A DNA stretch of 64,000 bases. Source: Pontiella sp. (GTDB lineage: Bacteria > Verrucomicrobiota > Kiritimatiellia > Kiritimatiellales > Pontiellaceae). The stretch spans positions 128,001 to 192,000 of the forward strand of contig JBNKHE010000008.1 of NCBI GenBank assembly GCA_050290185.1. Reading direction: 5' to 3'. Below are positions 10,366 through 19,130 of the stretch, one piece after another. The notes under the pieces were generated by a model, which worked only from the letters and a program-made list of their open reading frames with translations, ran no database searches and was not told the origin of the DNA. The position numbers were made by a program, and so were the translations under genes. Positions within the stretch are counted from its first letter, which is position 1; each line of letters opens with the position of its first letter.

Positions 10366-10666
10366 GATACAACTCCCATACTCGGAATTCTCAACCATGC
10401 AGCACCATGCCGCCTGGCGAATTCTTGTTGGGGATGAAGCTAGTGTTAGCAGGTTCGGATGAAATTAAGAGGGTGCTAGTTCGAGTAGAAGATTGTGTGA
10501 GATAATGCGGGTGGCTAATCCGCCTTTATCTGATGCAACGGCTGGACACGCTGGGGGATTCGGCATTATGAGGGAAAGCTGCACCCTTGTCTTGCGCCGG
10601 AGATCCGCTATCTTACGGTTTCCAACCGGGGTAGTATAGGCCGACAAACCAACATAGGAGGATGCT

Positions 10667-12205
10667 GTGGCTTCGATGAAATGGAAACAATGGGCGGTAC
10701 TAACGGCGGCAACGGTCGCATGGCAGGGTGTGGTTCTTGGCGAGCAGTTCGCCTTGACCGGTGCGCGGGCGGCCGGAATGGGCGGGGCGAATGCGGCCTC
10801 GGTACGCGATGCAACGGCACAGTGGCAAAATCCGGCGGCGTTCGGATTCTTTGGATGTTCCGAATGGGCGACCAACGCGGTCGACAACAATGATCTGTCC
10901 GGGCAGGGCTTCAGCTGTGAACTGCTCGGTTTCGGTGCCGGATATACCATGACCGAAGATCTGGGCCGCTATCTCGATATCCTTTCCAATATCGATTTTG
11001 ATACGTTCGATGCGGGAACCCTTTCGAACAATACACAAAATGTGGATTCGCTACTGACCATGGTGGGTATCGTCGGGAGCCTTGGCAGCGGCGATGCGCT
11101 CTATGCCGATGCCTCCGCCGGAACCTCGATCCAGACCGGTCATTTCGGAATCGGTGTTCGGATGTTTGGCGAAGCCGGTGCGTGGACTCTTCCGGATACC
11201 GGCAATCTGGGACTCGATGGCTACGCCAATCCTGCGGATCTGGTTGCTGAAATCGATGGTGCCGCAAGCAATGAAGGCTTCACATGGGACGGTTCCTATA
11301 ATCTTTCATTGGATCAGCGGTCCCAGCTCGGAAGCGCGCTTGGGGTTTCGGCCAACAGCAGCACGATCCAGTACCTCGACGCCCATTTTGGCGACGTGTC
11401 GGCATCCGGGGATTTGACGGGCTCGGAAATCAATACGGCGATCGATTTGTTTGGCAACCTGATCGGTGGCGGCAGCATCGATACCAACCTGACAACGGTT
11501 GTGGGCCGCGGTTTTGCATTGGTTGAGATCCCGGTGAGCTATGGCTGGGCCCTGAATAAAAATCTATCGGTGGGGGCGACGGCCAAGCTGATGCAGGGCC
11601 GTGTACTGGGGACCAAGGTGTGGGTGTTTAACGACAATAATGACCAGGTGCTGGATGATATCTCCGACAACATGGAAAGTTCCATGAACGTCGGTCTGGA
11701 TCTGGGCGTACTCTACCGCATCCCGAATTTTCAGTTCGCTTTTGTGGGGCACAATCTAAACCGTCCGACCTTCAGCGGTTTCACTGAAACCATCGACCTG
11801 GCTCTCAACGGCGGAGCAACGCAAGCCGAGACCATCCGGGTACCGGATGTGAAGGTTGATCCGCAGCTGACAGCCGGCGCGGCTTACATGCCGTCACGGC
11901 GCCTGACCCTCGAAGGCAATCTTGATCTGCTGAAAACCGGCACCGTACTTCCGGGCTATGACATCCAGCGGCTTTCGCTGGGCGGCGAGTTTGATGTATG
12001 GGTTTTGGCGTTGCGGGTTGGGGCATACCGGAATCTAGCGGCCTCATGGCAGGACTGGGTCGCCACCGCCGGCATTGGCGCCAACCTGGCCGGCGTGAAG
12101 GTCGATGTGGGCGGGGCCTATTCGCTCGGCAACAATGTGGAATACGACGGCAACGATATTCCTTCCGAAGCGCGCCTCTACGCCAGCATCGGAATGGATT
12201 TCTAG
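10667..12205 (+). CDS. TraF_2-like (FadL-like) outer-membrane beta-barrel protein
   Basis: RBS AGGAGG, signal peptide, 'GARAAGMGGANAASVRDATAQWQNPAA' plug motif, amphipathic strands and terminal Phe. Confidence 0.7.
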   Translation: MASMKWKQWAVLTAATVAWQGVVLGEQFALTGARAAGMGGANAASVRDATAQWQNPAAFGFFGCSEWATNAVDNNDLSGQGFSCELLGFGAGYTMTEDLGRYLDILSNIDFDTFDAGTLSNNTQNVDSLLTMVGIVGSLGSGDALYADASAGTSIQTGHFGIGVRMFGEAGAWTLPDTGNLGLDGYANPADLVAEIDGAASNEGFTWDGSYNLSLDQRSQLGSALGVSANSSTIQYLDAHFGDVSASGDLTGSEINTAIDLFGNLIGGGSIDTNLTTVVGRGFALVEIPVSYGWALNKNLSVGATAKLMQGRVLGTKVWVFNDNNDQVLDDISDNMESSMNVGLDLGVLYRIPNFQFAFVGHNLNRPTFSGFTETIDLALNGGATQAETIRVPDVKVDPQLTAGAAYMPSRRLTLEGNLDLLKTGTVLPGYDIQRLSLGGEFDVWVLALRVGAYRNLAASWQDWVATAGIGANLAGVKVDVGGAYSLGNNVEYDGNDIPSEARLYASIGMDF

Positions 12206-12249
12206 CGAATTGTTTCGCGCAAGGACGAAATAGCCAGAGGGGCTGGATT

Positions 12250-12327
12250 GTAGATGTGACGCCCTCGTCGCATTTCAAAGGATAGAGTGGGCGTACGTGC
12301 GGAACGCGACGAGGGCGTCGCGCCTAC
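12250..12327. repeat. REP doublet (REPIN-like inverted pair)
   Basis: GTAGATGTGACGCCCTCGTCGC (12250-12271) and the reverse complement of 12306-12327 (GTAGGCGCGACGCCCTCGTCGC): 22 nt, 3 mismatches, GTAG ends. Confidence 0.7.
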
Positions 12328-12463
12328 GTTTACAGCTTAAACCTCAATCACATGCCCCTTCATTTTCCGACGATGGGTGCGGGCGGTGTGGGGGCTGATG
12401 CCGAGGCATGTCGTGTGATGTGCTCCATGATCTCCTCAATCATGTGCATCTCCTCCATGGAAA

Positions 12464-12630
12464 AATCCCGAGCTCCTAGAACGGCTGCGCGCCAGGATCA
12501 TGGAGGTGCCGGTTGCGCAAGGTTGCGCGCTGAAGCGCACGGCGATCATGCCGGACCATCTGCATGTTGCACTGCGGGGGAGTCCGGGGATGTCTCCGTT
12601 GGAGATTGGTGCCGGGCTGCAAGGTCGACT
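12464..12630 (+). pseudogene. Fragment of IS200/IS605-type (Y1, HUH) transposase / RAYT
   Basis: In-frame NPELLERLRARIMEV...AIMPDHLHVALRGSPGMSPLEI with HUH motif MPDHLH; no full ORF; next to a GTAG REP doublet. Confidence 0.55.
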
Positions 12631-12911
12631 TTTCATGATGTTGTCCGTTTTAAAGGGCCGCGGTGACCGGTTCTTGTTTCGGTTTTTCTTCCTCCTTTAT
12701 TTTGGTTGTTTTCAGCAATTCTTTGCATGTTATGCGGTTGCGAAATTGCTTGTTCCTGGTAAGCGATTTTTTTTTTGAAATCCGTTGAAATAGGCATTTT
12801 GAATATATATTTTCCGCCCCCTTTATCCGGAATTTGGTGCCGGTTTGCGGCATTTTGAGCGGGTGATGATACGAAAACAAGCGGAAACATAGACATAACA
12901 GTAAAGGTGAT

Positions 12912-13619
12912 ATGATGAAGGAAAGAACGGGTTTTCAGATTGGGTTGCTACTGGCCGCAGTGGTTGGAATGGTTGTTGGAACGGCATCGGCGACGCCGAT
13001 TGTTGGTGGTTCTGAAATTCTGGATGCGGGGGGCGCGTTGCAATTGGAAACGTGGCTTGGTCAGGGGGCGATCTCGCTGACGAACATATTCACGAAAGAG
13101 GTAGGGAGCTCGTCGTTCGATTTTCATGACGCCTGCAATGGAAAGGGTGCCACGTTTTCAGTGATCGAGCTGATGGATGGAACGATTGTTGGCGGATACA
13201 ACCCCCAGAGCTGGAATAGCAGCGACAGCTACAACATGACTCCGGACGACGCCGACCGGACCGCGTTTCTGTTCGATTTGACCGATGCGCACTACTTCGC
13301 GCAAAGATTGTCCTCTGAGTCGATGGGCCAGGGCGAGTACCAGACCTACAATTATAGTGGAGTTGGTCCCTCGTTTGGATCGGGAAGCGACCTGTACGTG
13401 GACTATAACCTGAATAATTGTGCGGTCAAAGTGGAGAACTGGATTGGCGATGGCGGCGGATATTCATACGCCTCGGATGGGGGAGTCTTTGTTCCGGGGG
13501 GATCGATAGCCAAGCTGGAAGTGTTTTCCGTGGCAGCCATTCCCGAACCGGCCACGCTGGGGCTGATCGGCCTTTTCGGCGGCGGTATTTTAGCCGTCCG
13601 CCGCATCTTCATGGCGTAG
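12912..13619 (+). CDS. PEP-CTERM-anchored TLD(c) domain protein
   Basis: TLDc-like motifs 'FHDACNGKGATF', 'GGYNPQSW', 'AFLFDLT', 'GPSFGSGSDLYV', 'LEVF'; C-terminal IPEPATLGLIGLFGGGILAVRR. Confidence 0.85.
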   Translation: MMKERTGFQIGLLLAAVVGMVVGTASATPIVGGSEILDAGGALQLETWLGQGAISLTNIFTKEVGSSSFDFHDACNGKGATFSVIELMDGTIVGGYNPQSWNSSDSYNMTPDDADRTAFLFDLTDAHYFAQRLSSESMGQGEYQTYNYSGVGPSFGSGSDLYVDYNLNNCAVKVENWIGDGGGYSYASDGGVFVPGGSIAKLEVFSVAAIPEPATLGLIGLFGGGILAVRRIFMA

Positions 13620-13643
13620 CTGTTTACGGATAGCGTTTTTGCA

Positions 13644-13677
13644 AAGGGCCTCGGGAATTTCCTGTGGCCTTTTTTTG
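13644..13677 (+). terminator. Intrinsic terminator
   Basis: AAGGGCC-TCGGGAATTTCCTGT-GGCCTT followed by a T-run. Confidence 0.6.
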
Positions 13678-13785
13678 TTTTCCTCTCCTCCTCGCTCCAG
13701 CAATTCCTCCACTGGCGCAAGGCCGGTGGGCGGTTTTTCGTGATGTAACGGTTTCAATGGGCGGCGGGTTTTCCCGCTGCCCTTT

Positions 13786-15087
13786 TTAATGTTGTTGCGG
13801 ATTGCGGGCGAAGACGGAGCCGGCTAGGAGCAGGAGGGCGGCGAGCAGGCTGGTGACCAGGGCAATGGTGTAGCTTCCTATAAACTTCAGGACCGTGCTG
13901 AAAAAGGCGGGGCCAACGGCGCTGAAGACCACCATGAGCGACATGCACAGGCCACTGATGGCACCGAGGTGCTCGCGGCCATAGTAACGCGGCCAGGTTA
14001 CGGCCATCAGGATGCCGAACAGTCCGTTCGAAATGCCGAAATTCACCATGATGAATCCAATCATCCATCCGGGTTTGAGATAGATCAGCCCTGTCATGTA
14101 GGCCGCCATGGCCGTGAGCATGGCTGTCAGGAACCAGCGTAGCTGTGTTCGGTCGCTCAGCCATCCGCCGATCAGGTTGATTGCTACTGAAATTAGTGCC
14201 GCGGGCGGCAGTAGCGCGAACCCCCTGGCACCCTCCATGCCGGCCTGTTCAAAAATGGATTCGATGTTGAAGGTAACTGCGGTAAGTACCAGTGCCTGTA
14301 GCGCCATGGTCAGCGAGAATGCCCAGAAAGCGATAGTGTGGCGGGCTTCGGCGAGGGTGAATTGGTGGTGGATCTCCGGTTTTGTTTCTTTCTCGGCCGG
14401 TAGTTCCTGTCCGTCGGGGATCAAGCCGCAGTCTTCGGGATTATCTCGGAAAAAGACCAGCAGTAATGGCGAGAACAGGGCGATCAGCAGGAGGCCCAGC
14501 AAGGTCCATGTGCCGGACCATCCGTGAAAACCGATTATTTTGCTGAATAGGGTGGGGGCATAGGAGAATCCGTACGCCACGGCCGCGCCCGTAATGCCGC
14601 TGATCAGGCCGCGCCGCCGGTCGAACCACTTCATGATCATGTTGCGCGATGTCATGGTCAGGATGCCTTGGCCGCTCAGCCGAAGCAGAAAAAAGAGTAG
14701 CGAGAACAGGCCAAATACCGCAAAACGCTCCGGAATCAGCAGGCTGATGACTGCGGCTATGCGTGCGCTTTGTCCCAGCAGAGCAAGGACGGTGCCGAGT
14801 GCAAGGCAGGAGCCGAAACCCATCCAGCGTGCGCCGATGCGGTCGAACAGTTTGCCGGCCGGCGTGAGCAGGAACGAGCTCGACAAGGTACCGATCATAT
14901 AGGCGTTGGCTAGCTCGAGCCGGCTGATGCCCAGCGACTCCAGCAACGGCTCGATGAAGGCGGAAACGCCGGTGGTCTGTCCCGGGACGCTGAGCAGGAT
15001 ACCGATCACGCCCCATAGTAGAATCATCCAGCCGTAGAAGAATGGCCAGCGCGCGGGGTTGAACGGGATCTGTTCGAAAGGCTTCAT
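13786..15087 (-). CDS. MFS transporter (OFA/MCT-like)
   Basis: 'FFYGWMI', motif A 'GKLFDRIGAR', 'KWFDRRRG', 'GWLSDR', 'YYGREHLGAISG'; about 12 TM helices. Confidence 0.9.
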   Translation of the reverse strand: MKPFEQIPFNPARWPFFYGWMILLWGVIGILLSVPGQTTGVSAFIEPLLESLGISRLELANAYMIGTLSSSFLLTPAGKLFDRIGARWMGFGSCLALGTVLALLGQSARIAAVISLLIPERFAVFGLFSLLFFLLRLSGQGILTMTSRNMIMKWFDRRRGLISGITGAAVAYGFSYAPTLFSKIIGFHGWSGTWTLLGLLLIALFSPLLLVFFRDNPEDCGLIPDGQELPAEKETKPEIHHQFTLAEARHTIAFWAFSLTMALQALVLTAVTFNIESIFEQAGMEGARGFALLPPAALISVAINLIGGWLSDRTQLRWFLTAMLTAMAAYMTGLIYLKPGWMIGFIMVNFGISNGLFGILMAVTWPRYYGREHLGAISGLCMSLMVVFSAVGPAFFSTVLKFIGSYTIALVTSLLAALLLLAGSVFARNPQQH

Positions 15088-15174
15088 GCAGCGTACAGGG
15101 TTTTTATAAACACGAAGGCACCAAGGTCTCGAAGAACAGAGGAACCTTGGTGCCCTTGATGTTTTGGTGTTTAT

Positions 15175-16398
15175 CTATTTCTTCGCAACGGGCACGCGCT
15201 TGAATTTGCCGATCTTCGGCAGTTTGCCGACGATTGGAGCCGCATAGTCGATAAATGCCTGGGTCACGTTGTTGCCATCCTTGTTGATAAACTTGGCCGG
15301 CATATGCTGGGTTTCCTTGGCAACACTCTTGAGCGGAACGCGCTTGAACTCGACCGCATACTTCTTGCCCGGCTTGCGCTTGATGGCGATTGAGCCATCC
15401 TTGTTGCCGCTGATCGCTTCCTTTACGGCGGTGGCGCCCACGCCGAAGGCTTCCTTGGCGTCGGTTTCGGAAACGCATCCGGCGAAGGAGCGCTGAAGGT
15501 AGCCGAAGGTATCGGCGCGCACTCGGGTGATGCCGGTCTTGTTCTTGATCTCCTGCGAGAGGATATCGCCGAGCGCACCGGTGCCGCTGAGCTGTACGTT
15601 TCCGTGCGAGTCGACTTCCTTTGTGGCGGATGCTTTTGCAACGATCGGGGTGCCCTTGGCATCGGCAATGCCCTCGGAAACGGCGATCACACAACGGCCC
15701 AGTTTTTTATGGACGGCCTTCACGTCCTTGATGAAACGGCTCATGGCGAACGGGCGTTCCGGGAGATAGATCAGGTGCGGGCCATCTTCCTCGTCCTGGC
15801 GGGCGAGGGCGGAGGCGGCGGTCAGGAAGCCGGCGTGCCGGCCCATGATGACGTTGATCTTTACGCCGCCAAGCGCGACGTTGTCGAGGTTGTCGCCCAT
15901 GAAGGCCTGGGCCACGAACTTGCCGGCGGAGCCGAAGCCGGGTGTGTGGTCGTTCTGGCGCAGGTCGTTGTCGATGGTCTTGCAGATGTGGAAGCAACGG
16001 AGCTGGTATTTGGACTTCTTGGCTTCTTCGTTGATGATGTGGGTCGTTTCGGCGGAATCGTTGCCGCCGATGTAGAAGAAGTAGCGGACATCGTATTTTT
16101 CCAGCACCTTGAAGATGGCGGCGCAATCGTCGGGTGTAGGTTTACGGCGTACGGAGCCGAGAGCGGAGGAGGGGGTGTTGGCCACGGCTTCGAGAGTCGA
16201 CTTGGACTCCCGCTTCAAGTTGATCAAATCTTCGTTCAGAATGCCCTGAATGCCGTGAAGGGCGCCGTAGATATTCTTGATTTCCTTGTGCTTCTTCGCT
16301 TCGAGTACCGCACCGATCAGGCTCTGGTTGATCACGGCTGTGGGTCCGCCGCTCTGGGCGATGAGCATGTTTCCTTCAATCGTCTTGGTTGCTGCCAT
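15175..16398 (-). CDS. pfkA: 6-phosphofructokinase, probably PPi-dependent
   Basis: 'AQSGGPTAVIN', 'IGGNDS', 'KTIDNDL', 'MGRHAGFL', 'GYLQRS'. Asp in the GGND motif is typical of PPi-type enzymes. Confidence 0.9.
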   Translation of the reverse strand: MAATKTIEGNMLIAQSGGPTAVINQSLIGAVLEAKKHKEIKNIYGALHGIQGILNEDLINLKRESKSTLEAVANTPSSALGSVRRKPTPDDCAAIFKVLEKYDVRYFFYIGGNDSAETTHIINEEAKKSKYQLRCFHICKTIDNDLRQNDHTPGFGSAGKFVAQAFMGDNLDNVALGGVKINVIMGRHAGFLTAASALARQDEEDGPHLIYLPERPFAMSRFIKDVKAVHKKLGRCVIAVSEGIADAKGTPIVAKASATKEVDSHGNVQLSGTGALGDILSQEIKNKTGITRVRADTFGYLQRSFAGCVSETDAKEAFGVGATAVKEAISGNKDGSIAIKRKPGKKYAVEFKRVPLKSVAKETQHMPAKFINKDGNNVTQAFIDYAAPIVGKLPKIGKFKRVPVAKK

Positions 16399-16506
16399 GG
16401 GTTCCTCCTGTTGTGAAAACTAAGGGATAAACCTGAGGGTTTTCGCGGGTTAAATCAAGTCCTCGGGGCGGTTAGATGCGATGATAAGAATTTAATAACC
16501 TTGGCT

Positions 16507-16522
16507 TGGCATCGAAAATGCG
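16507..16522 (+). promoter_or_regulatory. Putative sigma-54 promoter
   Basis: TGGCATCGAAAATGCG: GG-N10-GC, about 40 nt upstream of the ATG at 16561. Confidence 0.55.
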
Positions 16523-16560
16523 TACTGTGCCTACTCATTTTGAGTAAAAGGAGCGTTATC

Positions 16561-17271
16561 ATGAAATGGTCTGTAAAATATTATGGTGTGACCGCGATGT
16601 TGCTATGGGTGCTTCCCATTCATGCGGACATTGTTGTTGATGGGGTCAACCATGGATTGAGCTACACCTTGACCGGAAAGGCCAATGCTGTGTCGATCGA
16701 CTCCGGCGTGCTGACGATCGGAAACAAAGGCGCGGTAAACGGCGAATTCCAGGTTCTTGGCGGCGAGGTTTTCGTGGAGCCGGGTGCGGGCAATGTGAAG
16801 GGCTTGGTTTTGTCTGGTGGACAGCTTGTGGTCGCGGGAGGGAATATCCACCAACCTGTGGTTTATGCTGGCTCGCTAACCTTCGACGGAACAGCCAAGG
16901 TGGTGGGAAGCCTGTCGCTGCTAGGGGGCACCAGTACGGTGAAGAAGATGGACAAGCTTAACGGTGGCGTCGCCATGGACAACGATGCCGTGCTCTTCAT
17001 GGAGGATCTTGATGTAAGCGGTGCAATGTCTATTCAAGGAGATGCAATCGCCTATTTTGCCGAGGGCTATCTGACAGACTCAACGATCAATCATGCGGGC
17101 AAGGTGGTGGATACGTCGAACGGATCGATTTCGGGGAGTGGAGGTCAACTCGACTTTTCGGTGGATTCCAGTGCCTCGCTTTATGTAGGCGTCATCCCCG
17201 AGCCGGCCTCGCTGGCTTTAATTCTTCTGCCTGGTGCCACGTTTCTGTTTTTCCGCCGTTTGAAGCGTTGA
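16561..17271 (+). CDS. PEP-CTERM sorting domain protein (Gly/Val-rich, beta-helix-like)
   Basis: Signal peptide MKWSVK...IHA, repetitive beta-strand pattern and C-terminal IPEPASLALILL...FFRRLKR. Confidence 0.8.
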   Translation: MKWSVKYYGVTAMLLWVLPIHADIVVDGVNHGLSYTLTGKANAVSIDSGVLTIGNKGAVNGEFQVLGGEVFVEPGAGNVKGLVLSGGQLVVAGGNIHQPVVYAGSLTFDGTAKVVGSLSLLGGTSTVKKMDKLNGGVAMDNDAVLFMEDLDVSGAMSIQGDAIAYFAEGYLTDSTINHAGKVVDTSNGSISGSGGQLDFSVDSSASLYVGVIPEPASLALILLPGATFLFFRRLKR

Positions 17272-17330
17272 GTTCTGCGACCGTTGCGTTTTGCTTTTCC
17301 CTTTCATGACTTAAGCAAGCTTTATTTTTT

Positions 17331-17346
17331 TGGCAACAAAAATGCT
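17331..17346 (+). promoter_or_regulatory. Putative sigma-54 promoter
   Basis: TGGCAACAAAAATGCT: GG-N10-GC, followed by RBS AGGAG and the ATG at 17368. Confidence 0.55.
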
Positions 17347-17367
17347 TATTGATGAATAGGAGTATCT

Positions 17368-18090
17368 ATGAAAAGAAAAGCAACTATTGGTCCGCTTAAT
17401 CGGCAAAATGCGCATATCCAGGCCAAGCTCGCCGTTGTCTTGTTGTCGGTGATTCCGGTGCTTTCCTTTTTCTATCTCGGCTCCGGAATGTATGGCCCGG
17501 AAGGGGATAGGCTACGCGATTACGAAGTGGGGATTGTTTTTGCCTGTACGCTGATTGCCGCGCTTTCCGGATATCTGATCCTTCGAAAATATCCACAGAA
17601 TATCATAAACCTGCGGCAATACGTTACGGAACTTGCCGAGGGTACGTTGCGGGAGCAAATCCAGCTTGATCAGACCGCTTGCAGCGACGATCTACTGTAC
17701 ATTGAAGAAGGGTTCAACACCATCCTCAAGGATATGCGGAACCGTCTCGGTTTGATCGAAGAAAAACTCAAGGTGGAAAAGCAGCTTCGTAAAGCGCTTG
17801 AACGGCAGCAACAGACGCTTGTACAGGCCGAACGCCACCGGGCCATGGTACAAAGCATCGGGGCCGCCTGTCATCATTTGGGCCAGCCGGCGACGGCACT
17901 GAGAATGCATCTTTTCATCTTGAAGGAACAGGTCCAGTCCCTCGAGGAGATGGAGGGCATTGAACAGAGCATCCACGATCTCGACCGAATCTGTGATATT
18001 CTCCAGCGACTCAGGGAGGTCTCCGAGTTCCGCACGGAGCCCTATATCTGTGGGGATGATCTCCCGGAGCACGAGATCCTGGCTATCTGA
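17368..18090 (+). CDS. Membrane protein with HAMP-like linker and HisKA-like helix pair, no ATPase domain
   Basis: Two TM helices, HAMP-like segment, coiled coil and H-box-like 'GAACHHLGQPATAL'; ends without N/G1/G2 boxes. Confidence 0.65.
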   Translation: MKRKATIGPLNRQNAHIQAKLAVVLLSVIPVLSFFYLGSGMYGPEGDRLRDYEVGIVFACTLIAALSGYLILRKYPQNIINLRQYVTELAEGTLREQIQLDQTACSDDLLYIEEGFNTILKDMRNRLGLIEEKLKVEKQLRKALERQQQTLVQAERHRAMVQSIGAACHHLGQPATALRMHLFILKEQVQSLEEMEGIEQSIHDLDRICDILQRLREVSEFRTEPYICGDDLPEHEILAI

Positions 18091-18153
18091 ACCGGTGTGC
18101 CCGCGAAGGCCGGAATCTCGTTTTCTCCCGTAATTATTTGCAGGCAAACGGGG

Positions 18154-18181
18154 TTGACTGATCAATTCGATCCTATATAAA
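18154..18181 (+). promoter_or_regulatory. Sigma-70-like promoter of rpsD
   Basis: TTGACT-N16-TATAAA about 170 nt upstream of rpsD. Confidence 0.5.
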
Positions 18182-18194
18182 TGCCCGTCTTGTT

Positions 18195-18332
18195 TCCCGT
18201 AAAACGGAATCCTGACCGAAGGATCATCGCCAAAGGAACAAATACCGCATGGTGCGGGGCGAGCGCCCGGATTCGAAAAATCCAAACGGGCGGCCGGTAA
18301 AGCCGGCTTAATTTGCAGGGATGCACGCGGGA
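18195..18332 (+). ncRNA. Candidate cis-regulatory ribosomal-protein leader (S4 r-leader-like)
   Basis: Closing stem TCCCGT/GCGGGA enclosing five hairpins, including GCCGG-TAAAG-CCGGC, between the promoter and the rpsD RBS. Confidence 0.45.
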
Positions 18333-18348
18333 TATTGAAAGGAAAGCA

Positions 18349-18951
18349 ATGAAATATACTGGACCGAAAATCAAGAAGGCGCGCCGTCTCGGCATCGCCC
18401 TTACCCCGAAATCCGAAAAATATCTGGAACGCCGCCCGAATGCTCCCGGTCAGCACGGCCCGAACCGTCGCCGCGGCAAGCAGTCCGACTACGGTCGCCA
18501 GCTGATGGAAAAGCAACGCCTTCGTTATCAGTACAACCTGAGCGAAAAACAGCTGCGCAATGTATACGCCAAGGCTGTCCGTAAGCCAGGCAACGCCGGT
18601 GAGGTGATGATGCAGATGCTTGAAAGCCGCCTTGATGTTGTTGTTCTGCGCGCCGGCATGGCCCGCACAATCTATCAGGCCCGCCAGATGGTTTCGCATG
18701 GCCATTACCGCGTAAACGGGCAGAAGGTTGATATTCCTTCTTACTCCCTGCGCATCGGCGACAAGATTACCGTTCGCGAAAAGTCCAAGGACCTCGACGC
18801 TTTCGTTCTGGCCCAGCAGGTTGCCAAGACACCTGAATACGTCACTGCGAACGATAAGGAACTTACGGCTGAACTGAACCGTCTTCCCGCTATGGAAGAA
18901 ATTCCGGTTACCTGTGAAATCTCAAGCGTCGTCGAGTTCTACGCACGCTAA
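18349..18951 (+). CDS. rpsD: 30S ribosomal protein S4
   Basis: MKYTGPKIKKARRLG...PGQHG...SDYGRQLMEKQRLR...LESRLD...ARQMVSHGH...VDIPSY...VVEFYAR. Confidence 0.97.
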   Translation: MKYTGPKIKKARRLGIALTPKSEKYLERRPNAPGQHGPNRRRGKQSDYGRQLMEKQRLRYQYNLSEKQLRNVYAKAVRKPGNAGEVMMQMLESRLDVVVLRAGMARTIYQARQMVSHGHYRVNGQKVDIPSYSLRIGDKITVREKSKDLDAFVLAQQVAKTPEYVTANDKELTAELNRLPAMEEIPVTCEISSVVEFYAR

Positions 18952-18986
18952 TCCGTCTTCGCCTTCGGGCTGCGACGGACAAGTCG

Positions 18987-19018
18987 AAAAACCGTTCTCC
19001 ATCGAGGGCGGTTTTTTT
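18987..19018 (+). terminator. Intrinsic terminator after rpsD
   Basis: AAAAACCGTTCTC-CATC-GAGGGCGGTTTTTTT. Confidence 0.75.
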
Positions 19019-19028
19019 GTGGATGAGT

Positions 19029-19130
19029 GTTGTAGGGCAGGAACGGTCAACGACCTTCCAGCCGCCGTCGGGAGGGCGGTGGTGGACGGCGGGAAGGATT
19101 CGTTTCACTCAACCGCTCCCTCCCTACAAC
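19029..19130. repeat. GTAG-type REP-like long imperfect hairpin
   Basis: GTTGTAGGGCAGGAACGGT pairs with ACCGCTCCCTCCCTACAAC; inner arms CCTTCC..CGCCGTC / GACGGCGGGAAGG. Confidence 0.5.

Noticed and set aside
10667..12205. Conjugative element suggested by the TraF-like gene
   Set aside because: No relaxase, coupling protein, T4SS or integrase genes in the window.
18951..18985. Short palindromic repeat family (CCGTCTTCGCC..GGCTGCGACGGACAAG; weak similarity at ~10520 and ~38830)
   Set aside because: The copies are too degenerate to establish a family within this window.
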